Part shown: one piece after another, positions 27,847 to 37,786 of the stretch
Layout: each line of letters starts with the position of its first letter
How positions within the stretch are numbered: position 1 is the stretch's first letter
Source of the DNA: an uncultured Actinomyces sp.
GTDB taxonomy: Bacteria > Actinomycetota > Actinomycetes > Actinomycetales > Actinomycetaceae
DNA: 40,220 nt
Reading direction: 5' to 3'
Assembly (NCBI GenBank): GCA_963551745.1
Contig: CAUVIG010000001.1
Span: 1-40,220, forward strand
The notes under the pieces: model-generated
Seen by the model: the letters and a program-made list of their open reading frames with translations, nothing else
Database searches by the model: none
Told to the model about the DNA's origin: nothing
Translations under genes and position numbers: made by a program

Positions 27847-28928
27847 CAGCGTTCTACTCCCTTCTTGCGCAGCGCCTCGTGGCGGCGGATTGAGCTGACT
27901 CGGTCGACGACGATCGCGATGAGGATGAGCGCACCAACGACGGCCTTTTGCCAGAATTTGTCGACTCCAACGGCTGTAAGTGCGGACGTCATGGTGGTGA
28001 GGAGGAGCGCGCCGATGGCGGCTCCGTAGGCGGTTCCAACGCCGCCGGTCATTGCAACACCACCAACGACGCACGCGGCAACGATGTCGAGTTCCATGCC
28101 TGCACCCGTCGTTGCGCCGACGGAGTTAAAACGCGAAGCGTAGAGGACGCCACCGAGTCCAACGAGCGCTCCGTTGGCTACGAAAGCCGCGAAGACACGC
28201 TTGGCGACGGGGATACCGTAGACGGCTGCGGCTGTTCGGTCAGAACCAATCGCATAGAGATCGCGTCCAGATCGGGCATAGCGCTGATAGAGCGAGACGA
28301 CCACGATAACGATGACCGCCATGAGGGTGAGCAGCGGGAAGCCACCAATCGTCGCGACACCCAGGTCACCGAAGGCTTGGGGGCGGTCACCGGCGAAGTA
28401 CTGGGTAGATCCTGCCCACCAGTTCAGTCCTCCTCGGAAGACGTAGAGAGTGCCCAAGGTAATGACCATTGCGGGAACTTTCGCCTGCGTGACGAGCAGT
28501 CCATTGAGTGCTCCGAGCAGTGCTCCCAGAACGATACCCGCGATGAAGACGACGACGATGGGCAGTCCGGGATTAGCCGCAAACAGGAAGCCCGTGGCGA
28601 AGGCCGCGCACCCGAGGATGGAGCCGACCGAGAGGTCGACGCCTTCGGATTGGATGATGAGGGACTGCCCGGCGGCCATCAGCATGGCGATCGTCGCATT
28701 GAGGAAGAGGTCGCGCACTCCCTGGGCCGACAGGAAGCGCGGGTTTATCACCCACGTCAACAGGACCAGGGCAATGAGAGCCGCAATAACCGGGAGCTCA
28801 CGCATAGACAGGAGAGACCGCAGCTTCGATGCGGCATGCACCTTGGTCACAGACGAGGAGCTGGCTGGCTCTCGGCTCACCGGCGCGGACCTATGGATAC
28901 GGGAGGGAGGTGTCAGTGTCGTAGTCAT
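27846..28928 (-). CDS. rhaP: Rhamnose ABC transporter permease
   Basis: VDLSVGS, ITLGTLYVFRG, ELDIVAACVVGG motifs. Confidence 0.85.
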   Translation of the reverse strand: MTTTLTPPSRIHRSAPVSREPASSSSVTKVHAASKLRSLLSMRELPVIAALIALVLLTWVINPRFLSAQGVRDLFLNATIAMLMAAGQSLIIQSEGVDLSVGSILGCAAFATGFLFAANPGLPIVVVFIAGIVLGALLGALNGLLVTQAKVPAMVITLGTLYVFRGGLNWWAGSTQYFAGDRPQAFGDLGVATIGGFPLLTLMAVIVIVVVSLYQRYARSGRDLYAIGSDRTAAAVYGIPVAKRVFAAFVANGALVGLGGVLYASRFNSVGATTGAGMELDIVAACVVGGVAMTGGVGTAYGAAIGALLLTTMTSALTAVGVDKFWQKAVVGALILIAIVVDRVSSIRRHEALRKKGVER

Positions 28929-30439
28929 GATGCGGCCTTTTCATGGTCGGTTGCCGCCGTCATAATGGCGTCAGCTGTTGCTTCTTCTCTGGTGAATTCG
29001 CCGGTGATGCGGCCTTCACACATGACGAGGACGCGATCTGCCATGCCGAGCACCTCGGGCAGTTCCGAAGAGATCATGATGACGGCGACTCCCCTGGAGG
29101 CGAGGGTGGAGATCAGGCGGTGCACCTCGGATTTGGTTCCTACGTCGATGCCGCGGGTCGGCTCATCGACGACAAGGATCTTGGGATCGGTGGCGAGCCA
29201 CTTCGCCAAGACGACCTTCTGTTGGTTACCGCCCGACAGCGCGGAGACGGGGGTATCCTGAGTGGCCGTCTTCACTTCGAGGTTTGTAGACCATTCCTGC
29301 GCGACCGCTCGCTCGGCCCGGGAGTTGATGAGTCCGCAGCGAGCGAGTTTGCTGCGCAGCGTCAGTGCCGTGTTGCGGGCGACGGACAGGTCCATGACGA
29401 GGCCTTGCTTACGCCTGTCTTCGGGGACAAAGGCGAGGCCAGCTCGGATCGCTCCCAGCGTGTCGCCAAGTTTCAGAGGATTGCCGAAAGCGGTCACTGT
29501 GCCGCCGTCTGCTTTGTCAATGCCCATAATTGTGCGCACGACCTCGGAGCGGCCGGCACCGACGAGGCCCGCCAGTCCCAGGATTTCCCCACTGCGGACC
29601 TCGAAGCTTACATCTTCAAAGGCGCCGTATCGGGTGAGTCCTTCGACTCTCAAGACGGGATCGCCAATCTGCGCGTCCAGCTTGGGGAAGAGCTGATCGA
29701 CATCGCGCCCGACCATGTCTCGCACTAGCTGAGCCTTCGTGGTTCCCTCCAGGTCACGGGTCGACACGTAGGCGCCGTCGCGCATGATCGTCACGTCGTC
29801 GCACAGATCGAAGATTTCTTCCATCCTGTGCGAGATGAACATGAGGGAGGCTCCCTTGTCGCGCAGTGAGCGCGCTACGGAGAAGAGACGGTCGACCTCG
29901 TGTCCAGACAGAGCGGCCGTCGGTTCATCCATGATGAGAACCTGGGCGTCCAGCGAGATCGCCTTTGCGATTTCGATGATCTGCTGGTCCGCGATCGACA
30001 GTCCGTCAGCCAACTGCGAGGGGTCGATCGGCACTTCGAGTCGATCAAAGAGCTCTTGGGCGTCGCGCTTCATGGCCGCGTGATCGATGAGGCCGAGGTG
30101 TCCCCTGGGCTGTCGGCCCACGAAGATGTTCTCAGCGACCGTCAGGTCGGGGAAAAGCGTGGGCTCCTGGTAAATCACCGAGATTCCGGCAGCCTTCGAT
30201 TCGGCGGGCGTCTTGAAGCGCACCGGCTGACCATCAACCAGAAACTCTCCGGAGTTTGGCTGGTGAATACCAGCGAGCACCTTCACAAGCGTCGACTTGC
30301 CCGCGCCGTTTTCGCCGGCCAGGGCATGAATGCGGTGCGGATACAGCTCGATGCACCCATCAGACATCGCGGTGAAGGAGCCGAACTTCTTCACCGCATG
30401 CTGGAGCGAGACAACTGGCCTTTCAGCTTCTCGTGTCAT
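28925..30439 (-). CDS. rhaT: Sugar ABC transporter ATP-binding protein (CUT2)
   Basis: GENGAGKST, DEPT, LSGGNQQKV; likely start ATG 30439. Confidence 0.9.
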   Translation of the reverse strand: MTREAERPVVSLQHAVKKFGSFTAMSDGCIELYPHRIHALAGENGAGKSTLVKVLAGIHQPNSGEFLVDGQPVRFKTPAESKAAGISVIYQEPTLFPDLTVAENIFVGRQPRGHLGLIDHAAMKRDAQELFDRLEVPIDPSQLADGLSIADQQIIEIAKAISLDAQVLIMDEPTAALSGHEVDRLFSVARSLRDKGASLMFISHRMEEIFDLCDDVTIMRDGAYVSTRDLEGTTKAQLVRDMVGRDVDQLFPKLDAQIGDPVLRVEGLTRYGAFEDVSFEVRSGEILGLAGLVGAGRSEVVRTIMGIDKADGGTVTAFGNPLKLGDTLGAIRAGLAFVPEDRRKQGLVMDLSVARNTALTLRSKLARCGLINSRAERAVAQEWSTNLEVKTATQDTPVSALSGGNQQKVVLAKWLATDPKILVVDEPTRGIDVGTKSEVHRLISTLASRGVAVIMISSELPEVLGMADRVLVMCEGRITGEFTREEATADAIMTAATDHEKAAS

Positions 30440-30460
30440 GTGGTCACCTCTTCGTCGAGG

Positions 30461-30593
30461 AATGAAACGATTCAGATAGAAAGAAAGTGTGCCACACGAC
30501 AATATGCATGTCAACTCTATCGGGAAGCCCCGAACTGCCAGGAAAATTGAAGCGGAAACCTACTCAGAGATGCCACAATATGAACGTTTCATC
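30461..30593. promoter_or_regulatory. Two LacI-family operators in the divergent rhaT/regulator intergenic region
   Basis: AATGAAACGATTCAGA (30461-30476) and ATATGAACGTTTCATC (30578-30593). Confidence 0.7.
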
Positions 30594-30617
30594 ACCCGAG
30601 TTCCTGAAAGAGCTACC

Positions 30618-31727
30618 ATGACGCCGCCCCGCCGCACCCCAGAGGGCACGAGTCCCCAGGACGCAACCACTGCCTCGTCCCCCTCAACGCCCCGCAAAGC
30701 CCCCGGCGTCAAAGACGTCGCCGCTCTTGCAGGCGTGAGCGTCGGCTCCGTGTCAAACGTTATTAACCGCCGCGACAGCGTGCGCCCCGACGTCCGCGAG
30801 CGCGTCGAGACGGCGATCGCACAGCTCGGCTACAAGCCCAATCCAACCGCGCAGGCTCTGCGACGCGGGACCTCGCCGCTCGTGGGCGTAGCGGTCTTCG
30901 ACTTGACGAACCCCTTCTTCATGGAGGCTGCTGCTGCCATGGAGCGCGTGCTATCGCGTGAGGGCTACATCATGACGTTGTCTTCCACGCACGCCTCCGT
31001 GCAGGAGGAGCGCGACCTGCTCGAGGTGCTGGGGCGCCAGGCGGTGCGCGGCATTCTTCTAACCCCCGCAGACTCCACGCACGAGGCCGCCACGCGTTTG
31101 GTCGAGGAAGGGACGCCGGTCGTCCTCTTCGACGCGGCCGAGGCACCCGAGGGCCTGCCATCCGTGTCGATCGACGACCGCGCGGGCGCCGCTCTAGCGA
31201 TCGAACATCTTCTGGCACTCGGGCATGAGCGGATCTGTTTCCTCAACGGCCCCGCCGACATGCGCCAATCCGTACAGCGCCTCGCTGGCGTGCGAGACGC
31301 GATCGAGCACTGGCAACGCCTAACGGGGTCGGACAGCGTTCAGTTGACCGTGTACAACGCGCAGGCGTACACCGCCCAGGCAGGGTATGCGGCCACCGAA
31401 GACGCCATCGCCGAGGCCCGCACCACCTCCGATGGATCGAACCCCACCGCGGTCTTCTGCGCAAACGATCTGTTGGCCGTGGGCGTGATGTCGGCACTGC
31501 GCGTCGCGGGGGTCTCTATTCCCAACGACGTGTCCGTCATCGGTTTCGACGATATTCCCCTCGCCGCACAGATGCCCGTTCCGCTCACGACAATCCGCCA
31601 GCCCATGGACGAACTAGGAGCAGCAGCCGCAGAACTCCTGTTGTCCGGCTCCGATGCGCCCGCGCAGCAGCAGACATTTAGCCCCGTCCTCACCATCCGC
31701 GAATCGACGGCAAAGCCGAGGGAGTAG
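30618..31727 (+). CDS. LacI-family transcriptional regulator of the rhamnose locus
   Basis: VKDVAALAGVSVGSVSNVIN HTH; NPFF, CANDLLA, IGFDDI, LTTIRQP motifs. Confidence 0.92.
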   Translation: MTPPRRTPEGTSPQDATTASSPSTPRKAPGVKDVAALAGVSVGSVSNVINRRDSVRPDVRERVETAIAQLGYKPNPTAQALRRGTSPLVGVAVFDLTNPFFMEAAAAMERVLSREGYIMTLSSTHASVQEERDLLEVLGRQAVRGILLTPADSTHEAATRLVEEGTPVVLFDAAEAPEGLPSVSIDDRAGAALAIEHLLALGHERICFLNGPADMRQSVQRLAGVRDAIEHWQRLTGSDSVQLTVYNAQAYTAQAGYAATEDAIAEARTTSDGSNPTAVFCANDLLAVGVMSALRVAGVSIPNDVSVIGFDDIPLAAQMPVPLTTIRQPMDELGAAAAELLLSGSDAPAQQQTFSPVLTIRESTAKPRE

Positions 31728-31768
31728 GGCAGGGCACCGCGCCTAGCGCGAGCGCCATTGACTAGCGC

Positions 31769-31800
31769 GGGTGGGGGCTCCCAAACGGGAGCCCCCACCC
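31769..31800. terminator. Hairpin between convergent genes
   Basis: GGGTGGGGGCTCCC-AAAC-GGGAGCCCCCACCC, 14-bp stem. Confidence 0.8.
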
Positions 31801-31819
31801 CTGTCACAGCATCACAACC

Positions 31820-32383
31820 TCAGTACGCCAACCCCTTGGGCTGCTCGGCGAGCACGGCAAACCCCGGGTTGACGACCTCGAAGCCGTTGGCCTTGTAGGC
31901 CTCGTAGTCGAAGTTTTCGCATTCGTCGTACCCGATGCGGTGGTACTCGTAGAAGCCGTCCCAGTCCTCGTACCCGGACCCGAGCGACGACTCGAGGAAC
32001 GCGTCTGCCATGGCCATCGCGGTGCGCGGGGCGACGTAGAAGGCGCCCATGGCGAGCAGGTTCGCGTTGTTGGCGGCGGCGCAGCGGCGTGCGGCCGGAA
32101 CGGATTCGCACACAGCGGCGTGCACGTGGGGGCACTTGGAGGCGGCGATGTGGATGCCCATGCCGGTGCCGCAGAAGGCGAGGGCGCGTTCGAACTTGCC
32201 TTCGGCGATCTGCGCGCCGAGCATGAAGCCGACGCGGTGGTACATGGGTGCGGTGTCGGCGTCGGGCGTCAGGTCGGTGACGGTCCAGCCGCGCTCCTCG
32301 AGGTGGGCTTTGACGGCTTCCTTGAGGGGGTGCCCGGCGAAGTCGGCGCCGACGACGACGTGCTTATCTTTAACTGTCAGCAT
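31820..32383 (-). CDS. RpiB/LacAB-family sugar isomerase (atypical)
   Basis: GAD.AG..LK, CGTGMG, NNANLL.MG motifs. Confidence 0.88.
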   Translation of the reverse strand: MLTVKDKHVVVGADFAGHPLKEAVKAHLEERGWTVTDLTPDADTAPMYHRVGFMLGAQIAEGKFERALAFCGTGMGIHIAASKCPHVHAAVCESVPAARRCAAANNANLLAMGAFYVAPRTAMAMADAFLESSLGSGYEDWDGFYEYHRIGYDECENFDYEAYKANGFEVVNPGFAVLAEQPKGLAY

Positions 32384-33416
32384 GCGCGTGTCCTTTCCTG
32401 AGTTTGCGCAGTTTGGAGAAGGAGAAGAGGCCCTCGTTCATGCAGATGACGAGCAGCAGGACGCCACCCCAGATGAGGGGCCTGTAGAAGTTGGAGATGT
32501 CGGGGAACATGTTCAGGCCGGAGGAGAGGACCTGGAGCATGAGGATGGACAAGAGGACGCCGCCCAGGCGCCCGGAGCCGCCGTTGGGGTTGACGCCGCC
32601 GAGGACGACGATGAGGACGGTGAGCAGCGTGTAGGAGGCGCCGTAGTCGGCTTTCGCGGAGTTGTAGTTCGCGAGCATGACGATGCCGGCCATGGCGGCC
32701 ATGATGCCGGAGAGCACGTAGGTGCGGATCAGCAGGCTCTTGACTTTCAGGCCTGAGAAGCGCGCCGCGGTGTCGTTCGTGCCGAGCATGAGGATCGTGG
32801 TCCCAAAGCCCGTGAAGGCGACGATCGCGCCGGCGACGGCCGCGCACACGAGGAACACGACGAGGGGGATGGGCACGAGGCCGGCCACCTTCCCCGTGAA
32901 CACGGCCCCGAACGCTGCGGGGACGCCGGAAACGGGTTTGCCTTGGGTGAGGATAAGGGCGACGCCGCCGAAGAGCTCGAGGGTGCCGAGGGTGGCCAGG
33001 ATGGGTGGGATCTTGAGGACGGCGACGAGTGTGCCGTTGATGAGTCCGCACACGACCCCGACCACCAGGGCGACGCCCAGGGCGATGAGGGTGGCCATGC
33101 CCATGGACGAGGGGGTGACGGCGTTGGTAAGCGTGGCGCGCAGCGTCAGGGCCGCGCAGATCGACGTGACGTTGGCGATGGCGACGACGGACAGGTCGAT
33201 GCCGGCGGTGAACATGGTGAACATGACGCCGAGGCTCATGAGGCCGAATTCGGGGAATTGGACGGCCATCGACTGCCAGGTGCGCACGGCGAAGAAGGGG
33301 CCGGGGCGCACTGCGGCGAAGAAGATGAGCAGGAGGAGGAAGACGATAATCAGTCGCGTCATGTAGCTGTCCTTTTTGAGGAAAGCGAGGCGCGGGGAGG
33401 CGAGAAGCGTTGACAT
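32370..33416 (-). CDS. Sugar ABC transporter permease
   Basis: GIDLSV, PPILATLGT, VLGGVNP.GG.G motifs. Confidence 0.9.
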   Translation of the reverse strand: MSTLLASPRLAFLKKDSYMTRLIIVFLLLLIFFAAVRPGPFFAVRTWQSMAVQFPEFGLMSLGVMFTMFTAGIDLSVVAIANVTSICAALTLRATLTNAVTPSSMGMATLIALGVALVVGVVCGLINGTLVAVLKIPPILATLGTLELFGGVALILTQGKPVSGVPAAFGAVFTGKVAGLVPIPLVVFLVCAAVAGAIVAFTGFGTTILMLGTNDTAARFSGLKVKSLLIRTYVLSGIMAAMAGIVMLANYNSAKADYGASYTLLTVLIVVLGGVNPNGGSGRLGGVLLSILMLQVLSSGLNMFPDISNFYRPLIWGGVLLLVICMNEGLFSFSKLRKLRKGHAHADS

Positions 33417-33425
33417 GTGGTCCTC

Positions 33426-34427
33426 CTAGTGTGCGGTGCGGCGGGCGCGCATGACCTGAAGCGCGGAGACGCCGGTTCCCACGATGATGAGCAGGCCCAG
33501 GGCGAAGCCCTGCCAGAACGTCGGGATTCCGATGAGGATCATGGAGTTTTGGACGATGACGATGAGCAGCGTGCCGAGCATGACGCCTGTCAGCGAGCCC
33601 TTGCCGCCGGTGATGGCGGTGCCGCCCAGGACGACGGCCGCGATGACCATCATTTCCATGCCGAGCAGGTTGGTGGGGTGCATCTGTCCCATGGAGCAGG
33701 TGCGGACCATGCCGGCCAGGGCGGCGATGACGCCGACGAGGACGTAGAGCCAGAACTTGGTGGCGCGTACCTTGAAGCCGACGCGGGCGGCCGCGGACTC
33801 GTCGCCGCCGAGGGCGAAGAGGGAGCGTCCGAACATCGTGTAGCGGGTGACGAAGAAGGCCACGACGACGACCGCGACGAGGATCAGGAAGGACACGGGC
33901 ATGGAGGACTGCAGGCCAGAGTTCTCGTTGCGGGCGACGAAGAGGGACGCGGATCCGAAGGAGCGCATGGACTCGGGGATCGTGTTGATCTGCACGGACT
34001 TAAGCGCGCCCTGCATGACGCCGTTGAAGACGTTGGCGGTGCCCAGGGTGATGATCAGCGTCGGCACGGTCAGCCTGGAGGTGAAGATTCCGTTGAACGC
34101 GCCGAGGATCGCGCCGAGGGCGGCGGCAATCAGGAAGGGCACGATGACGGGACCGTTCCACCCGTTGTCGACGAGGACTTTCGTGGTCACGTAGACCGCG
34201 AGGGAGGCCAGAGCCGGGAAGGACACGTCGATGCCGCCGGAGACAAGGACGAGGTGCGCGGCGACGGCGAAGAGGCCGGGGACCACCATCGCGCCGGCCA
34301 GGTCGACGAGGTTGTTGGCCGTAAAGAACTGTCCGGAGCGCGCCTGGATGACGAGGGTGAGCGCCGCAATGACGAGGAACACCCAGAATTCGTTGGCGCG
34401 CAGGACTTTCGTGATGAGTCGGGGCAT
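33426..34427 (-). CDS. Sugar ABC transporter permease
   Basis: GGIDVSF, IITLGT, VIAAVVLGG..ITGG.G; ATG 34427 overlaps the ATPase stop. Confidence 0.9.
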   Translation of the reverse strand: MPRLITKVLRANEFWVFLVIAALTLVIQARSGQFFTANNLVDLAGAMVVPGLFAVAAHLVLVSGGIDVSFPALASLAVYVTTKVLVDNGWNGPVIVPFLIAAALGAILGAFNGIFTSRLTVPTLIITLGTANVFNGVMQGALKSVQINTIPESMRSFGSASLFVARNENSGLQSSMPVSFLILVAVVVVAFFVTRYTMFGRSLFALGGDESAAARVGFKVRATKFWLYVLVGVIAALAGMVRTCSMGQMHPTNLLGMEMMVIAAVVLGGTAITGGKGSLTGVMLGTLLIVIVQNSMILIGIPTFWQGFALGLLIIVGTGVSALQVMRARRTAH

Positions 34428-35953
34428 TAGTTTTCTCCCCCTTCGGTCGACGAGGCCGGGGCCTGGTCTTCGGACAGGAGCCGGGTTAGTTCGGCCTCGG
34501 TGAGGGTGTCGGGGTTGATCGGGTCGCTCAGGTGCCCGGCTCGCATGATGGCGATGGTCGAGCAGTTGGTGAGCACTTCGGCGATGTCGTCGGAGATGAT
34601 GATGACGGCCATGCCTTGCGCGGCGAGTTCGCGCAGGATCGAGTGGATCGTGAATTTGGAGCCGATGTCGACTCCGACGGTGGGTCCGTTGAGGATGAGG
34701 ACGGAGGGCTTGGTGGCGAGCCATTTGGCCAGGACGACCTTTTGCTGGTTGCCGCCCGACAGGGTGTTGACGGCGTTGGCGGGGTCGGGGGTGACGACGT
34801 CGAGGCGCTTCACCCACTTCTTCTCTTCGTCGCGGATGGCTTTCTTGTCGATGAATCCGAGGGCCTTGGTGAAGGATTCCATTTCGGAGATCGTGATGTT
34901 TTCGCCGATGGAGCGCGAGAGGAAGAGGCCTTCGGTGAGTCGGTCTTCGGGGACGTAGGCGATGCCGGCTGCGATCGCGTCGCGCACGCCGCGCAGGGTG
35001 ACGTCTTGGCCTTTGACTCGGATGCGCCCGGAGTCGAGGGGGAGCATCCCGAAGAGCGACATGGCGAGTTCGGTGCGTCCGGAGCCCAGCAGGCCGGTGA
35101 TGCCGAGGATTTCGCCGGGCCGCACGCTCAGGGAGGCGTCGGCGAAGGCGCCGGCAACGGTTGCGCCCTCGACCTGGAGGATCGGCGTGTCGGTGATGTC
35201 GCCGGGCTGGTATCGCTCCTCGTCGAAGTCGCGCCCGGTCATGTGGCGGGCGAAGCTGGCGCGGTCGAGCTCTTCCTTCGGGCAGGTGATGACCTTGTGT
35301 CCGCTGCGCAGGATGGTGAAGCGTTGCGCGATTTCGAAGACTTCTTCGAGCTTGTGGGACACGAAGAGGATCGCGATGCCGCGCGATTGCAGGTCGGCGA
35401 CGATGTCGAAGAGGGCGCGCACTTCCTTCTTGGTGAGGGCGGTCGTGGGCTCGTCCATGATGATGAGTTTCGCGTCGCCCATGAGTGCGCGGCTGATGGC
35501 GACGAGCTGTTTGTCGGCGACGGAGAGGTTGCCGACGAGTTCGTCGAGGTCGACCTGGAAGCCGATTTTGGCGACGGCTTCGCGGGCGACTTCGCGCATG
35601 CGCGAGCGGTTGACGAGGCGGCGTCCGGCGGCGACTTCGCTGCCGAGCGCGATGTTCTCCATGACGGAGAGGTTGGGGAAGATGGAGAAGTCCTGGTAGA
35701 TGACGCGTACGCCCGCGTCGATGGCGTCGGCGGGTGTCAGTCGCGTGAAGTCGCGGCCCCCGATGGAGACCGTGCCCTGTTCGGGGGTGTGGACTCCGGA
35801 GATGACTTTGATGAGGGTGGATTTGCCCGACCCGTTTTCTCCGGCGAGGCAGTGGATTTCTCCGGGCGCGATGTCGAGGTCGATGTCGACCAGGGCTCGC
35901 ACGCCTGCGAAGGATTTGCTGACGTGTCGTACCGCCAGCACTGGGGTGTCCAT
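34427..35953 (-). CDS. Sugar ABC transporter ATP-binding protein
   Basis: GENGSGKST, DEPT, LSGGNQQKV motifs. Confidence 0.93.
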   Translation of the reverse strand: MDTPVLAVRHVSKSFAGVRALVDIDLDIAPGEIHCLAGENGSGKSTLIKVISGVHTPEQGTVSIGGRDFTRLTPADAIDAGVRVIYQDFSIFPNLSVMENIALGSEVAAGRRLVNRSRMREVAREAVAKIGFQVDLDELVGNLSVADKQLVAISRALMGDAKLIIMDEPTTALTKKEVRALFDIVADLQSRGIAILFVSHKLEEVFEIAQRFTILRSGHKVITCPKEELDRASFARHMTGRDFDEERYQPGDITDTPILQVEGATVAGAFADASLSVRPGEILGITGLLGSGRTELAMSLFGMLPLDSGRIRVKGQDVTLRGVRDAIAAGIAYVPEDRLTEGLFLSRSIGENITISEMESFTKALGFIDKKAIRDEEKKWVKRLDVVTPDPANAVNTLSGGNQQKVVLAKWLATKPSVLILNGPTVGVDIGSKFTIHSILRELAAQGMAVIIISDDIAEVLTNCSTIAIMRAGHLSDPINPDTLTEAELTRLLSEDQAPASSTEGGEN

Positions 35954-36061
35954 GTGGTGTCCTTTCCGACGCGTGGTGCCGACCCGGGGCCCCTCACGCG
36001 GTGCCGTGCGCTCGTGGAGGTTTGTTCGTGCGCGAGCGTCAGTGCACGCTGGGGTGGCCCG

Positions 36062-36095
36062 GCCACGGCCTCGTTCATTGGGACGAGGCCGTGGC
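36062..36095. repeat. 13-bp inverted repeat after the SBP gene (REP-like or mRNA-stabilising)
   Basis: GCCACGGCCTCGT ... ACGAGGCCGTGGC, same core as 11922-11978. Confidence 0.7.
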
Positions 36096-36123
36096 GCGCG
36101 GGTGGTCGTGTGCGGTGAATCGC

Positions 36124-37173
36124 TTAGAAGCCGAGGGAGTCGACGTTGTCCTTGGTGATCTGTATCCAGCCGTTGCCTTCGAGGACCTTGGTGGAGCCTT
36201 GCGAGAAGTGCATGGATTCGTAGCCCTTGACGCCGAGGTTGACGCCGTCTTCGATCTTTTCACCGTTGAGGATCTTGGTGGCCAGGGATGCCATGGCGTA
36301 GCCGGCGTCCGCGGGGTCCCAGAGGGTCAGGGTGGATACGGAGCCGTCCTTGAGGATCTGGGCGTTGGCTGCGGGCATGCCCGTGCCAGCGGTGAAGACC
36401 TTGCCCTTGAGGCCGAGTTCTTCAATGGCGCGGGCGGTGCCGGGCGCGTCGAAGGAGGAGGTGCCGAGGATGCCCTTGACTTCGGGGTACTTCTTGAGGA
36501 CTTCCTTGGCGGTCTGGTAGGCGGTTTCACCGTTGTCCTGGGATTCGACGCGGGGCTCGGCTTCGAGCAGCGTCATCTTGGGGTACTTCTCCTTCTGGTG
36601 GGCGACGGCGCCGTCTGCCCATTCGTTGTGGGAGGCGTTGGTGACGTGGCCGACCATGGTGGTGTAGACGCCTTCTTCACCCATGGCTTGGGCGAGGTTG
36701 TCCATGATGAACGCACCGTATTCGCTGTTGTTGAAGGCTTCGATGTCGTACATCGTGTTCTGCTGTGAGGCGCCTTCGTGGGTGACGACGACGATGCCTG
36801 CGTCCATGGCCTGCTTGAGGACGGGTTCGATGGCGCCGGGGTCGACGGGGACGACGCAGATGGCGTCGACGCCTTGGGCGATCAGGTCTTGGATGACCTG
36901 GGCCTGCATGGTGGCGTCGGTTTCAGCGGGGCCCTTCTGGAAGGCGTTCATGCCGGTGTCTTCGGCGTACTTCTTGACGCCGGTTTCCATGCGGACGAAC
37001 CAGGGGTTGGTGGCGTCCTTGGGGACGACGGCGATCGTGTAGTTGCCGTCTCCGCCGCCCTTCGCGGCGGGGCTGGACGAGGATTGTGCGGTGTCGCCTG
37101 GGGTGCAGGCGCCGAGGGCGAGGGCGCATGCGGATGCGGCAACGAGGGCTGTAGCTGCGAAGCGGGGCTTCAT
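36124..37173 (-). CDS. Sugar ABC substrate-binding lipoprotein (LsrB/RhaS-like)
   Basis: Lipobox LGAC; VPK...PWF.RM..G, VVTHE, LWDP..AGYA motifs; RBS gaggag before ATG 37173. Confidence 0.88.
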   Translation of the reverse strand: MKPRFAATALVAASACALALGACTPGDTAQSSSSPAAKGGGDGNYTIAVVPKDATNPWFVRMETGVKKYAEDTGMNAFQKGPAETDATMQAQVIQDLIAQGVDAICVVPVDPGAIEPVLKQAMDAGIVVVTHEGASQQNTMYDIEAFNNSEYGAFIMDNLAQAMGEEGVYTTMVGHVTNASHNEWADGAVAHQKEKYPKMTLLEAEPRVESQDNGETAYQTAKEVLKKYPEVKGILGTSSFDAPGTARAIEELGLKGKVFTAGTGMPAANAQILKDGSVSTLTLWDPADAGYAMASLATKILNGEKIEDGVNLGVKGYESMHFSQGSTKVLEGNGWIQITKDNVDSLGF

Positions 37174-37453
37174 AGGAGTCTCCTCTTGTGGGTCAACATC
37201 GGTGTTGAGGTTGCGGTTGTGCGGCGGCTCTGCTGGCGTGCGGTGGGGCCTGGCGTGTCCGCCTTCGTTGCTGGACCCACCCTGCGGTGCCGCGTGTGCG
37301 GTGCTGCTGCGTGCCGGGTGCTCCCGTCCTTGGGGGCGCGTCGGCATGCCACCAATCCTAGGCCACGCAGGTGGTGGCGTTCACCTTCCGGGTCCGTCTG
37401 GGACGAGGCAGTGGCGGGTTTTTGGGGTGTGGTTGCGTCGGTTTTGGGCTGAT

Positions 37454-37477
37454 TTGTCAGACCAGTGATGCTATAAT
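37454..37477. promoter_or_regulatory. Candidate GntR/FadR operator plus extended -10
   Basis: TTGTCAGACCA (37454-37464) resembles TGGTCnGACCA; TGCTATAAT at 37469-37477 on the + strand. Confidence 0.35.
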
Positions 37478-37786
37478 CCACACCGAATTAAGACGAAACA
37501 ATTCCGATGAGCACGGTCCGGCATTTACGCAGCAAACCCCCCCCTGCACAACCGTTCACTGAATCGCATCATATATGCACATCTGAGCGGTGATAGGGCA
37601 GCGCCTAACCGGCTACAGCGCCGGATAAGACGCTCCCCTATACCCGAGAAATGTTTAGTACGGCTTACAACGCGGACGAACGCCATTGTTAATCTTCTTT
37701 GCCAAATCAATCAGTTCCTTGGGATTTCCTCGGCGCCATCCGTGAGCAACCGCCCACTCAGCCATTCTTTCGTAGGAAGAATGATC

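Noticed and set aside
34532..36118. Long antisense ORFs (also 6794-8143, 27948-29261 and others)
   Set aside because: Shadow frames of well-supported genes in high-GC DNA, with no recognisable motifs.
36124..37173. AI-2 quorum-sensing Lsr system
   Set aside because: The SBP is LsrB-like, but lsrK, lsrR, lsrF and lsrG are not present; a sugar substrate is more parsimonious.
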